Shown here piece by piece: positions 1 through 10,310 of a stretch of DNA of 59,968 nucleotides (position 1 is its first letter; each line of letters begins with the position of its first letter). The stretch covers positions 4,376 through 64,343 of the forward strand of contig CAYING010000004.1 in NCBI GenBank assembly GCA_964364715.1, written 5' to 3'. The translations under genes were made by a program, and so were the position numbers. The stretch is from an uncultured Planctomycetales bacterium. GTDB taxonomy: Bacteria > Omnitrophota > Gorgyraeia > Zapsychrales > GWA2-47-8. Under the pieces are notes generated by a model, which was not told the origin of the DNA, searched no databases, and saw only the letters and a list, made by a program, of their open reading frames with translations.

Positions 1-579
<579 letters not shown>

Positions 580-644
580 GTCACCAAGTCACCAAGACAC
601 CACGTCACCAGAATGTTTTCACTGGTGACCTGGCAACTGGTGAC
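580..644. repeat. Mirrored tandem 8-mer repeat (GTCACCAR x4, then inverted CTGGTGAC copies)
   Basis: GTCACCAA GTCACCAA GACACCAC GTCACCAG, a spacer, then CTGGTGAC CTGGCAA CTGGTGAC, read directly from the sequence. Confidence 0.85.
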
Positions 645-652
645 ATAACATT

Positions 653-2164
653 ATGAAACTCGACATCCTTTTTATCCATCCGAACGCCGCTGAGAAGATC
701 TATCAGGAATTGAGCAAGGATTTTTCCGCGATCGAACCGCCGATCTGGGCCGGGATGCTTTCCTCTCATTGCGAAAAAAACGGGTTCAGTTCCGAGATCC
801 TGGATACGGAAGCTTTGCATTTGACCGACCAGCAGGCCGCGGAAACGGTCGGAAAGTTTAATCCGCGCGTGGCCTGTTTTGTGGTGTATGGCCAGCAGCC
901 TTCGGCGAGTTCGCAGAATATGGAAGGGGCGGTGTCGCTCGCCCAGCTAGTAAAGGATCAATATCCTGAGATCAAGATCCTTTTTGTCGGCGGGCATGTG
1001 AGCGCTCTTTCGCAGGAAGTCCTGCAACGTCATGCCTGTATCGATATGGTATGCCAGAATGAAGGTGTTTATACGATCTCGAACCTTTTATGGACCAATT
1101 TGGAAGACAAGCTGGACATGGTGAAAGGGCTGGGATACCGCAAAGACGGCCGGGTCATTTTGAATCCTCCGTCGCCGATCGTGGATAAAAAAGACCTGCC
1201 CGCGGAGCTCCCGGGGGTTGCTTGGGATAAATTACCGATAAAAAATTATCGCACGGCGTTATGGCACGCGCTTCCCAATAATGCTAATCGCCAGCCCTTT
1301 GTTGCTTTATATACAAGCCTGGGCTGCCCCATGCGTTGTTCGTTCTGTATGATCAATATTATCAATCGCCAGGAGAATGAATATTCCGACGGCAGCGCGG
1401 TTTTCCGTTACTGGGACCCGGAGTTCATCATTAAAGAATTTGATTACTTTGCCAAGATGGGGATCAAGAACGTCAAGATCGCCGATGAGTTGTTTGTCCT
1501 CAACCCGAATCATTTTATGAAACTGTGCGAACTGATCATACAGCGCGGTTATAAATTCAATATTTGGTGTTATTCGCGCATCGATACCGTCAAGGAACAA
1601 TATCTCGAGACGCTAAAAAAAGCCGGAGTGAATTATCTCGCGCTCGGCATTGAAAGCGGGAACACCAAGGTGAGAAAAGACGTAACCAAGGGCCGTTTTG
1701 AAGATGTGGATATCCGCGATGTGGTCAAAAAGATCCGCGCTCACGGGATCAACGTCGCGGCGAATTATATTTTCGGACTTCCCGAAGATAATTATGAAAC
1801 CATGCAGGGAACTTTGGATTTGGCAATTGAGATGAATACCGAAATGACGAATTTTTATTCGGCTATGGCGTATCCGGGAAGCCCGTTGTACGGCATAGCA
1901 AAAAAAGAAGGCTGGAAGCTGCCCGCAACCTATGTCGGGTATTCGCAGCATTCGTTCTACACCCAGCCTCTGCCGACAAAGTATTTAACTTCTGAACAGG
2001 TCTTGGCTTTTCGTGACGAGGCCTGGATGAAGTATCACACCAATCCTAAATTCTTGAAGCTTCTCAAGGAAAAGTTCGGCCAAGTTGCCGTTGACCAGAC
2101 ATTGAAATCCACGCAGATCAAACTTCGCAGAAAGATCCTCGAAGAGAAAGCAGCCGCCAAATGA
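653..2164 (+). CDS. B12-binding-domain radical SAM protein (class B methyltransferase-like)
   Basis: N-terminal cobalamin-binding Rossmann domain (IEPPIW...VGGHVSAL...EG), CPMRCSFC cluster motif, LGIESG, YIFGLP and YPGSPLY. Confidence 0.9.
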   Translation: MKLDILFIHPNAAEKIYQELSKDFSAIEPPIWAGMLSSHCEKNGFSSEILDTEALHLTDQQAAETVGKFNPRVACFVVYGQQPSASSQNMEGAVSLAQLVKDQYPEIKILFVGGHVSALSQEVLQRHACIDMVCQNEGVYTISNLLWTNLEDKLDMVKGLGYRKDGRVILNPPSPIVDKKDLPAELPGVAWDKLPIKNYRTALWHALPNNANRQPFVALYTSLGCPMRCSFCMINIINRQENEYSDGSAVFRYWDPEFIIKEFDYFAKMGIKNVKIADELFVLNPNHFMKLCELIIQRGYKFNIWCYSRIDTVKEQYLETLKKAGVNYLALGIESGNTKVRKDVTKGRFEDVDIRDVVKKIRAHGINVAANYIFGLPEDNYETMQGTLDLAIEMNTEMTNFYSAMAYPGSPLYGIAKKEGWKLPATYVGYSQHSFYTQPLPTKYLTSEQVLAFRDEAWMKYHTNPKFLKLLKEKFGQVAVDQTLKSTQIKLRRKILEEKAAAK

Positions 2165-3156
2165 TCATCAGCCGGACACCGTTTCGTATCTCGTTTTTTG
2201 GCGGCGGGACCGATTATCCCGGATGGTACAAAGATCACCGGGGCGCGGTCTTGGCCACGACCATCGATAAATACTGCTGGATCACCTGCCGGTACCTGCC
2301 GCAGTTTTTTAAGCACCGTTCGCGGATCATTTATTCCGTCATTGAAGCAGTGCAAAATAATACAGAGATCGATCATCCCGCGGTGCGCGAGGTTTTGCGA
2401 TTTCTGAATATTCATGAAGGGATCGAGATCCATCACGACGGGGATCTTCCGGCGCGGACCGGCCTTGGTTCAAGCTCGTCGTTCACCGTCGGGCTTTTGA
2501 ACAGTATGTATGCTTTAAAGGGCGTTATGCCGACTAAAGAGCGGCTGGCCAGGGAAGCGATCACTGTCGAGCAGACAATGTGTAAAGAGAATGTCGGCTG
2601 TCAGGATCAAACATTAGCGGCCTACGGCGGGTTTAATTATATCGAATTCGGCGGCGATCAACACCTGAACGTCCGGAAAGTTACGATTTCTGAACAGAAA
2701 CTCAGAGATCTGCAGAATCATATGATGCTCTTTTTCACTGGATTCTCCCGGACAGCGTCCAAGATCGCCGCGCATCAGGTCAAAAATATTCCCAACAAGA
2801 CCAAAGAATTGTCCATTATGTACGGTATGGTTTCGGAGGCGATCAGTATTCTGAACAGCGGAAGGATCATTGATTTCGGAAGGCTTTTGAACGAGAGCTG
2901 GCAGTTGAAACGCAGCCTCTCCGGTAAGATCTCGACACCTTTGATCGATGATATTTATGAAACAGCCTGCCGCAATGGGGCGGCCGGCGGAAAATTGCTC
3001 GGCGCCGGCGGCGGCGGGTTCGTCCTGATCTTTGCGTCTCCGGAGAAACAGGCGAAGATCCGAGAGAAATTAAAGAAATTGCTCCTTGTCCCGTTCAAAT
3101 TTGAGTCGTTGGGAAGCCAGATCATCTTTTATCATCCGGACAGCGGTAAAGTTTAA
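2161..3156 (+). CDS. hddA: D-glycero-alpha-D-manno-heptose-7-phosphate kinase (GHMP kinase)
   Basis: RTPFRISFFGGGTD, PARTGLGSSSS, GCQDQ and GGKLLGAGGGG motifs. Adjacent to an hddC-like gene. Confidence 0.85.
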   Translation: MIISRTPFRISFFGGGTDYPGWYKDHRGAVLATTIDKYCWITCRYLPQFFKHRSRIIYSVIEAVQNNTEIDHPAVREVLRFLNIHEGIEIHHDGDLPARTGLGSSSSFTVGLLNSMYALKGVMPTKERLAREAITVEQTMCKENVGCQDQTLAAYGGFNYIEFGGDQHLNVRKVTISEQKLRDLQNHMMLFFTGFSRTASKIAAHQVKNIPNKTKELSIMYGMVSEAISILNSGRIIDFGRLLNESWQLKRSLSGKISTPLIDDIYETACRNGAAGGKLLGAGGGGFVLIFASPEKQAKIREKLKKLLLVPFKFESLGSQIIFYHPDSGKV

Positions 3157-3164
3157 TCCTGCGC

Positions 3165-3881
3165 GTGAACAAGCTTAAAAATATCGACATTGCTATTTTG
3201 TGCGGAGGCCTCGGGAAGCGGCTGCGGCCGGCCATCGGCGAATCCCAAAAGGTCATGGCGAATGTCAACGACGAGCCCTTTCTCAATATTCTTTTTAGAA
3301 GCATTGCCATCCAAGGCGGTAAGCGCGTTATTCTTTTAACCGGATATAAGGCCGAAACCGTCGAGGAATATTATAAAAAAAACAGCTTTGGGCTTGCGAT
3401 CGATTTCTCGCGGGAGGCCTCGCCGCTGGGGACAGGCGGCGCGCTTAAGAATGCCCGCTCTTTGATCAAGACCGATCCATTCATGATGATGAACGGCGAT
3501 TCGTTTTGCGCTGTTGATTTTCTGAAATTACTGAAATTTCATCGCAGCCAAAAGGCTTTAGCGACCATCGTTGTCCGAGAGATCGAAGATGCCAAGGATT
3601 ATGGGAGCATCACGCTGAACGCACAGAAAGAGATCGTTGGGTTTGAAGAAAAGGCCAAGGGCGGGAAGGCGTATATTAACGCAGGCGTATATTGTTTTAA
3701 TAACGGAATTTTTGGATTGATGCCGAAAGATAATGCTTTTTTTCTGGAGAGGGATTTCTTCCCTGGGATAGCCGGGAATAGATTTTTTGGTTTTGTCGTG
3801 AACAATGAGTTTATTGATGTCGGGGTGCCGCATCGGTACGAAAAAGCGAAAAAAATCTTTAAAGCCTTTAAAGCACGGTAG
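3165..3881 (+). CDS. hddC: Sugar-phosphate nucleotidyltransferase, probably heptose-1-phosphate guanylyltransferase
   Basis: ILCGGLGKRLR, EASPLGTGGAL, NGDS, INAGVY and FIDVG motifs. Follows hddA. Confidence 0.75.
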   Translation: MNKLKNIDIAILCGGLGKRLRPAIGESQKVMANVNDEPFLNILFRSIAIQGGKRVILLTGYKAETVEEYYKKNSFGLAIDFSREASPLGTGGALKNARSLIKTDPFMMMNGDSFCAVDFLKLLKFHRSQKALATIVVREIEDAKDYGSITLNAQKEIVGFEEKAKGGKAYINAGVYCFNNGIFGLMPKDNAFFLERDFFPGIAGNRFFGFVVNNEFIDVGVPHRYEKAKKIFKAFKAR

Positions 3882-3889
3882 AGGGAGTT

Positions 3890-5059
3890 ATGGCGCAGAA
3901 AGTATTAAGTGTTGAGGAGAAAACAAAATTCAAGGTCCCATTCGGGACTGTTTCCATCACGCCGGAAGCGCGTAGACTTATCGACGAGGCTTTGGATAAG
4001 AAACTCGTCACGCGCGGTAAATTGGTTGAAGAGTTTGAGAAGAAATTTGCCAAGCTGTTCGGGGTGAAATATGCGGCCGCGGTCAGCAGCGGCACTGATG
4101 CGGATGCGTTGGCTTGTGCGGTTCTCTATGATTACGGCGCTAAACGCGGGGACGAGATCATTATTCCGGCATTGACCTTTGTGGCGACGGGGAACGCGGT
4201 CCTGCAGGCAGGTTTTACACCGGTTTTTGTGGACGTTAACCGCGAAACGCTTAATATTGATCCGGATAAAATTGAGCAGGCCATCACCCCAAAAACACGC
4301 GGCATCATGCCGGTGCATTTGATGGGAAAGCCGGCTGAGATGGATAAGATCATGGCCATCGCCAAGAAGCATAAACTTTATGTGATCGAAGACGCCGCTG
4401 AAGCGCACGGCGCGGAATATAAAGGGAAATTGATCGGATCGATCGGCCATATGGCGGCGTTCAGCTTATATGCCGCGCACATTGTCACGACAATCGAGGG
4501 CGGGATCGTGATCACCAATGACGCGAAGATGGCGGAAGCGCTGCGCTCGCTGCGCAATCACGGGATCGTCGGGAAATTTGAATTCCGCCGGATCGGATTT
4601 TCCGCCAAAATGAACGAAATTGAGGCCGCCGTTGGGATCGGCAATATTGCGATTTTTCAAAAGATTCTCGATAAGCGCCGTCGGAATTTGCTTTATCTGA
4701 TCGATAAATTCAAGAAATTCGAAAAATATTTCATTACGATCAAGGAAGAAAAGGGCGAGAAGATCGGCCCGCACGCGTTTTCGATTATCGTCCGCGAAAA
4801 GGCCGGGTTCACCAAAGACGAATTTGTTTCCTTTATCGAAACTAACGGCGTTGATTCCAGAAATCTTTTTTATTCCATCCCGACGCAATGCCCGAGCTAT
4901 GCGTTTTTAAATAAGAAATTGGGTGATTTCCCCGAAGCCGAATATTGCAGCAACAACGGGACGCATATCGGTGTCCATCAGGACATTGAGCTCGAACAGA
5001 TGGGCCATATCGCCCAGGTCGTCGAGAAATTCCTGAAATCCAGAAGTCTGCGGATCTGA
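3890..5059 (+). CDS. DegT/DnrJ/EryC1/StrS-family PLP enzyme with His at the Schiff-base Lys position (ColD/E1-like dehydratase candidate)
   Basis: SSGTDA, IEDAAEAHG and FSLYAAHIVTTIEGG, with H where aminotransferases have K. Confidence 0.8.
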   Translation: MAQKVLSVEEKTKFKVPFGTVSITPEARRLIDEALDKKLVTRGKLVEEFEKKFAKLFGVKYAAAVSSGTDADALACAVLYDYGAKRGDEIIIPALTFVATGNAVLQAGFTPVFVDVNRETLNIDPDKIEQAITPKTRGIMPVHLMGKPAEMDKIMAIAKKHKLYVIEDAAEAHGAEYKGKLIGSIGHMAAFSLYAAHIVTTIEGGIVITNDAKMAEALRSLRNHGIVGKFEFRRIGFSAKMNEIEAAVGIGNIAIFQKILDKRRRNLLYLIDKFKKFEKYFITIKEEKGEKIGPHAFSIIVREKAGFTKDEFVSFIETNGVDSRNLFYSIPTQCPSYAFLNKKLGDFPEAEYCSNNGTHIGVHQDIELEQMGHIAQVVEKFLKSRSLRI

Positions 5060-5067
5060 TCCCGTCT

Positions 5068-6177
5068 ATGCGAGTGGCCATTAATTGCCGATCGTTCTTG
5101 AAGAAACAAAACACCGGGATCGGCCGTTACTCCTATCAGCTCATCCGGCATTTAAGTCAGATCGATTCCGTTAATCAATACACCCTCTATGCCCCGAAGT
5201 GGTTTTGGGACAGAAAGAGAGTTGCTCCCAAGGCGCCTGCGCCAAATTTCAGCATTCAATCCGATCCCTTTATGCAGGGCGCGCATAATGTTTTGAAGGG
5301 AATTGATATTTATCATACCCCGACGCCGGAGATCGTAACGATGAAGGATGCGAAGATCGTGGTGACGGTGCATGACCTGATCCATAAGGCGTATCCGCAA
5401 GGACATACGCCGGAAACGATCCGCCTGACGGAAGAATGCCTGCAATCCAGCCTTGCCAAGGCAGATTGTGTGATCTGCATTTCAAACAGTACGAAGGAAG
5501 ATCTTGTTAAATATTATCCGGTCGCTTCGGATAAAATCAAAGTTATTTATATGGGCGTTGACCGTGAGGTTTTTTACGAACTTTCCTCAAGCGAAAAGCA
5601 GGCGGCCCAAAGTGTGGTTTGCTCCAAAGGAATCGACGGGAAATATGTCCTGTTCATCGGGACGATCGAACCGAGGAAGAATCTTTCCAATCTCTTGAAG
5701 GCCTTGTCGATCCTCAAGCGCAAGACCGGGTCCATTCCCAAGTTGGTGGTGATCGGGATGAAAGGTTGGATGCACGAAGACTTGGCACGGTTGATCAAAG
5801 AATTGGATTTAAAAGACGATATTGCCTTTTTGGGATTTTTGACGGATGATGAGTTAAGATGTTTTTACAGCCTGGCGGAAGTTTTTGTGTTCCCTTCGTA
5901 TTATGAAGGGTTTGGCTTTCCGATCGTGGAGGCGTTCAGCTGCGGCGCGCCGGTCGTGACGTCGAATGTTTCCTCCTGCGCGGAGATCGCCGGGGAAGCG
6001 GCCCTGCAGGTCGCTCCTGACTCGGAGGCAGAGATCGCCGATGCGATAAGAAGACTTTTGGAAGACCCTGATCTTCGGAATACCCTGAAAGCTAAAGGAC
6101 TTGCCCGGGCAAAAGATTTTTCATTTACGAAAACAGCACAGGAAACTTTAAATATTTATCAACAACTTTATCGATAG
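5068..6177 (+). CDS. GT4 (group 1) glycosyltransferase, mannosyltransferase-like
   Basis: TGIGRY, TVHDL, GTIEPRKN and FVFPSYYEGFGFPIVEAF (EX7E). Confidence 0.9.
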   Translation: MRVAINCRSFLKKQNTGIGRYSYQLIRHLSQIDSVNQYTLYAPKWFWDRKRVAPKAPAPNFSIQSDPFMQGAHNVLKGIDIYHTPTPEIVTMKDAKIVVTVHDLIHKAYPQGHTPETIRLTEECLQSSLAKADCVICISNSTKEDLVKYYPVASDKIKVIYMGVDREVFYELSSSEKQAAQSVVCSKGIDGKYVLFIGTIEPRKNLSNLLKALSILKRKTGSIPKLVVIGMKGWMHEDLARLIKELDLKDDIAFLGFLTDDELRCFYSLAEVFVFPSYYEGFGFPIVEAFSCGAPVVTSNVSSCAEIAGEAALQVAPDSEAEIADAIRRLLEDPDLRNTLKAKGLARAKDFSFTKTAQETLNIYQQLYR

Positions 6178-6186
6178 GGATCCTCT

Positions 6187-7248
6187 ATGGCAAAAGATAA
6201 AAATTTATACGCGGTCATTTTGGCGGGAGGGGCCGGGACAAGGTTCTGGCCTTTGAGCCGCCGCTCTCAGCCGAAACAGTTTTTGAATATCCATGGAGAG
6301 AAATCGCTTTTTCAACAGACTTTGCTGCGCCTGCGCCCTAAAATTGACGGCACGAATATTATTATTGTTACTAATAAGGCATATACGGATAAGATCCGTC
6401 AACAGATCAAGGGTTTTAAGATCCCTCCGGGCAATATTTTACCGGAACCGGAAGGAAAGAACACTGCCCCTGCCGTTTGTTGGGCCGCTTCGGTCATCCA
6501 CCAGCGAAATCCGAAAGCCGTGATGGCGGTTCTGCCGTCGGACCATTTGATCACACAACCGCGGGAATACTTATCAACTCTTCAAAAAGCAGTCGATCTG
6601 GCCCAAACGCAGCATCTGGTCGTTTTTGGGATAACTCCCAGCCGCCCGGAGACCGGGTATGGGTATTTTAAAACTCACAGTATTTTAGAAGGTAAAAGGT
6701 CTGTTCTGAAGGTCATCAAGTTCATTGAAAAACCGTCGTTCGACCGGGCGATGAAATTTCTTCAGGAAGGGAATTATTATTGGAACAGCGGGATGTTTGT
6801 TTGGAAGACTGAGGTCATCCTAAGCGAATTAAAACGATACCAGCCTGCGATCTACGAGCTGTTGTCAGTAAAGAATTTAGCGAAGATCAAGAATGTTTGG
6901 AAGAAATTGCCGTCCATCTCGATCGATTGTGCGATCCTTGAGAAATCGCACAGGGTCGCAGCCGTGGCAGCTAAAAACATCGGATGGTCGGATGTGGGGA
7001 GCTGGCAGTCGTTGGCCGAAGTTTCAGAAAGGGATGAACGGAAAAATATTTTTAAAGGCGATGTTTTGGATATCGGCAGTCAAAATACATTTGTTTGGTC
7101 ATCAGCCCGATTAGTCGCGACAGTCGGACTTCAGGACATGGTCATTGTGGATACGCCTGACGCCCTTTTAGTCTGCCGGATGGACCAATGCCAAAAAGTT
7201 AAGGAGATCGTCGGTCTGTTGAACAAAGGAAAACGTAAAGAGGTTTAG
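6187..7248 (+). CDS. manC: Mannose-1-phosphate guanylyltransferase
   Basis: ILAGGAGTRFWPLSR, PKQF, EPEGKNTAPA, PSDH, ETGYGY, WNSGMF and WSDVGSW. Confidence 0.92.
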   Translation: MAKDKNLYAVILAGGAGTRFWPLSRRSQPKQFLNIHGEKSLFQQTLLRLRPKIDGTNIIIVTNKAYTDKIRQQIKGFKIPPGNILPEPEGKNTAPAVCWAASVIHQRNPKAVMAVLPSDHLITQPREYLSTLQKAVDLAQTQHLVVFGITPSRPETGYGYFKTHSILEGKRSVLKVIKFIEKPSFDRAMKFLQEGNYYWNSGMFVWKTEVILSELKRYQPAIYELLSVKNLAKIKNVWKKLPSISIDCAILEKSHRVAAVAAKNIGWSDVGSWQSLAEVSERDERKNIFKGDVLDIGSQNTFVWSSARLVATVGLQDMVIVDTPDALLVCRMDQCQKVKEIVGLLNKGKRKEV

Positions 7249-7280
7249 GGGAAGCGCTTCTCGGGTAGGGAATAATTTAT

Positions 7281-7309
7281 TTGTTTTGACGTTTTAAATT
7301 GGCTACAAT
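7281..7309 (+). promoter_or_regulatory. Putative sigma70 promoter for the small ORF-DUF115-radical SAM unit
   Basis: TTGTTT-N17-TACAAT in AT-rich intergenic DNA, upstream of a strong RBS (GAGGAGGAG). Confidence 0.4.
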
Positions 7310-7336
7310 AAACCTTCATTACAGAGGAGGAGCCAT

Positions 7337-7519
7337 ATGTCAGAAGAGATCTTAAAAGGTAATTTTAAGGTCAAGAACCCGGTCAAGGTTGAAGATAAAA
7401 AGGAAAATACCTCTATCCGCCAGGAATTAAAGAAAAGAGTCTTGGCCTCGATCGGCGGCAGTATGGTTTATATGGAGCGGACGGACTTGGTTTGGGATGG
7501 AGATAGTAAGTCACCGTGA
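7337..7519 (+). CDS. Small hypothetical protein (60 aa)
   Basis: Strong RBS AGAGGAGGAG before the ATG. Its stop overlaps the next start (GTGA), implying translational coupling. Confidence 0.65.
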   Translation: MSEEILKGNFKVKNPVKVEDKKENTSIRQELKKRVLASIGGSMVYMERTDLVWDGDSKSP

Positions 7520-8562
7520 CGTATTCGGATAATTTCCTTAATTTGCTCGAAGATGTTTCTGCCACAGCGCTAAGGGTCCATGGCGAAGTTCTTATTAAGC
7601 ATGCTAAAGCGAATTTAGCGGATACTAAGAGATCGATCAAACAGCTTCCGCCGTTAAGTTTTAAAAAGCAGAAGTCAGCGGTCATCATCAGCTCCGGCCC
7701 GAGTGTCCACCGCAAGAATATTGTCCCCAGGCTTAAGGAATCCGGTTTTGAAGGGACGTTGATCGTCGCCGATGGCGCATATCTTCCTTGCCTAAAGGCC
7801 GGTATTTTTCCGGATCATGTGATGACCTTAGACCCTCATCCGAAAAGAATGGTCCGGTTTTACGGTGATCCGAATTTGGAGAAGAATTTTGAAGGGGACG
7901 ATTACATTAAGCGTCAGGATCTGGATGTCAGTTTTCGGAAAATAAATTCCGAGCATAATAAGCATCATATTGATCTGGTCAATAAATATGCGCATCTGAC
8001 CAAAGCGGTCATGTGTACGTCAACACCGCCCAATGTCATTGAGCGTTTAAAGGAAGCAAAATTCGATATTTATTGGTGGAATCCGTTAGTCGATGATCCC
8101 GGCCAGCCTGACAGCCTGACCCGGCAGCTGTATGAGCTCAATAAAATGCCTTGTCTTAACACCGGCGGCACCGTGGGAACGGCGGCATGGGTGTTTGCCA
8201 GTTCCTTTTTAAAAATACCGCTCATCGGTTTGACCGGAATGGACCTCGGGTATTACAGCGACACATCTAAAGAAGATACACAGTGTTATTATGAGCTGAT
8301 CGAGCATTTGAAGGGCGAAGAAAAAATTGATGAGTGCTTTGTCGAGTTTGAGTTTCCATTGACCAAGGACAAGTTTTATACGGACCCGACGTATTTTTGG
8401 TACCGAAAGAATTTCCTGGAATTAGCACGAAAGTCAGCTGGCCGGACGTATAATTGTACCGAAGGCGGAACATTGTTCGCGGATAATATCCCGTGTATTT
8501 ATTTGGATGATTTTTTTAAGTTAGCGGCCAAGCCTGCCTCGCCGGCAGGCAGGGAGAAATAG
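7516..8562 (+). CDS. DUF115 / Maf (motility-associated factor, MptE-like) family protein
   Basis: AVIISSGPS, ADGA...GIFPDHVMTLDP, TGGTV, GLTGMDLGY and YNCTEGG motifs. Confidence 0.8.
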   Translation: MTYSDNFLNLLEDVSATALRVHGEVLIKHAKANLADTKRSIKQLPPLSFKKQKSAVIISSGPSVHRKNIVPRLKESGFEGTLIVADGAYLPCLKAGIFPDHVMTLDPHPKRMVRFYGDPNLEKNFEGDDYIKRQDLDVSFRKINSEHNKHHIDLVNKYAHLTKAVMCTSTPPNVIERLKEAKFDIYWWNPLVDDPGQPDSLTRQLYELNKMPCLNTGGTVGTAAWVFASSFLKIPLIGLTGMDLGYYSDTSKEDTQCYYELIEHLKGEEKIDECFVEFEFPLTKDKFYTDPTYFWYRKNFLELARKSAGRTYNCTEGGTLFADNIPCIYLDDFFKLAAKPASPAGREK

Positions 8563-10143
8563 ATGGCAAAAGTTCTGATGATCAACCCGGTGATCAGGGA
8601 AGAAGACGACCCAAAGCATATTCCGTACGGCATAAGCCAGCTGGCCGGGATCGCTTTGAAGAAAGGGCATTTCGTTCAGATCTACGATGAGAACGCTTGG
8701 CGTAAGGGGCCCGAGGTCATGACGCAGGTCTGCAGGGCAGATGATTGGGATGTTGTGGCGATCGGCGGCCTTTCGACGACGTACGGTTCCGTGAAAAGAA
8801 CTTTAAAGATCATCCGCGGCTGCTGTCCTAAGGCTTTGATCATCGCCGGCGGCGGATTTCTGACGAGTATGCCGCGGGAGATGATGACCTGGCTGCCGGA
8901 GATCGACCTAGGGATCATCGGGGAAGCTTATGTGACTTGGCCGGAAGTCCTGGAAAAGATCACCGCTAAGGATTTTGATTTTTCGGAAACGCTGGGTGTT
9001 TGCTATCGCGCCAAAGACCGTACCCCTGTTCTCAATAATGTCCGGCCGAATATTAAAGACCTCGACGTTCTCCCGCACCCTGCCTGGGATCTGTTACCTT
9101 TAGAGATTTATTTTAAGAATTCACGCTTGCTGTACAGCGAATCAGCCTATATGTCGAAACGCCGGATCGATATTGGCGGAAGTTTGGGCTGCGGGCTCGT
9201 GTGCAAATTTTGCTGGCACTTGGGTACGACCGGTGACATGGTGATCGAAAAGGATGAAGAAGGGAACAACGATGTCCGTTTTTCATACGGGCGCAACATC
9301 CGTTACCATAGCCCGCGGTATATCGTGGATATGGTCAAAACGCTTGTTAAAAAATACAATGTCGATTTTATCAATTTTATCGATGAGAATTTAATGACCA
9401 TGGACGTTTCCAGTGGGCGAAGCTGGCTTAAAGATCTGTGCGATCTGTGGATCAAGGAAGGCCTCCAGCCGACGTCCCGGAGGGACAGCGTCCCAGATGA
9501 ACAGAATACGGGCGGGGTTTTTTGGTCAGGAACCAGCCATGCCAGTTTAGCGAAAAAAGAAACGTTGGATATTATGTACCGGGCGGGTTGTTCCCATTTG
9601 GTCTATGGGATCGAATCCTTTGATCCGTATATCCTGAAGCACTTGGGAAAAGGTGTAACCCAGAAGCATAATGTGGAAGCGTTGAAGATCTGTATGAATT
9701 CCGGCATCATGCCTTTGCCGAACATCATTATTGGGTTTCCCGATGAAAGTTTTCAAAGCATCCGTACAACGATAGAGTGGCTGATCAAATTAGGTATCCA
9801 TTGCAAACCCCATTTTGCCACTCCGTATCCGGGTTCGGAATGGTATTACGCCTACAAAGATTCAATTATGGAGCAGTATAACGGCAATCTTGAAGCGTTC
9901 ATTGAGTCGTTAGGGGATGCCTCCAAGATCACAGCAGTCATTTCCCATAAATTTTCACCTCTGCAGCTTTTGGGGCTGCAGCAGATCGTAATGCAGAGGG
10001 ATCTCCGACTTCTGGATCTGGCAGAGAAACATTGGGGCAATGCGGACGCCTTGATTAAACCCTTGGCTGTTCCAAAAATTTCGTTCAATATGATTAATAA
10101 GAAGGTCAAAGCCCCTGTCGAAGAGGTCAGCAAACCTATTTAA
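8563..10143 (+). CDS. B12-binding-domain radical SAM protein
   Basis: VLMINP...PYGI...IAGGG...GEA B12-binding domain, GCGLVCKFC, FIDEN, YGIES and TPYPGSEWY. Confidence 0.9.
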   Translation: MAKVLMINPVIREEDDPKHIPYGISQLAGIALKKGHFVQIYDENAWRKGPEVMTQVCRADDWDVVAIGGLSTTYGSVKRTLKIIRGCCPKALIIAGGGFLTSMPREMMTWLPEIDLGIIGEAYVTWPEVLEKITAKDFDFSETLGVCYRAKDRTPVLNNVRPNIKDLDVLPHPAWDLLPLEIYFKNSRLLYSESAYMSKRRIDIGGSLGCGLVCKFCWHLGTTGDMVIEKDEEGNNDVRFSYGRNIRYHSPRYIVDMVKTLVKKYNVDFINFIDENLMTMDVSSGRSWLKDLCDLWIKEGLQPTSRRDSVPDEQNTGGVFWSGTSHASLAKKETLDIMYRAGCSHLVYGIESFDPYILKHLGKGVTQKHNVEALKICMNSGIMPLPNIIIGFPDESFQSIRTTIEWLIKLGIHCKPHFATPYPGSEWYYAYKDSIMEQYNGNLEAFIESLGDASKITAVISHKFSPLQLLGLQQIVMQRDLRLLDLAEKHWGNADALIKPLAVPKISFNMINKKVKAPVEEVSKPI

Positions 10144-10213
10144 ATTTTTTCCTGCCGATAAAATTTTAACAAATCATTCCTTCGCATTCCATCTTTAGGT
10201 ATACTAAATTTCG

Positions 10214-10310
10214 TGTACTTGTTTTCCTCAAATGAATATAGAGGAAACAAGCCTGCCTGCTCCCAATTTTATCCAGGCATAAATTGGGAATATTGAGGAA
10301 AATCGGGATG
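10214..10310 (+). repeat. ~95-nt double-hairpin element, copy A, ending in the RBS and ATG of the GT9 gene
   Basis: CTTGTTTTCCTC..GAGGAAACAAG hairpin, TCCCAATTT..AAATTGGGA hairpin, then AATATTGAGGAAAATCGGGATG. Aligns with 18510-18605. Confidence 0.75.
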
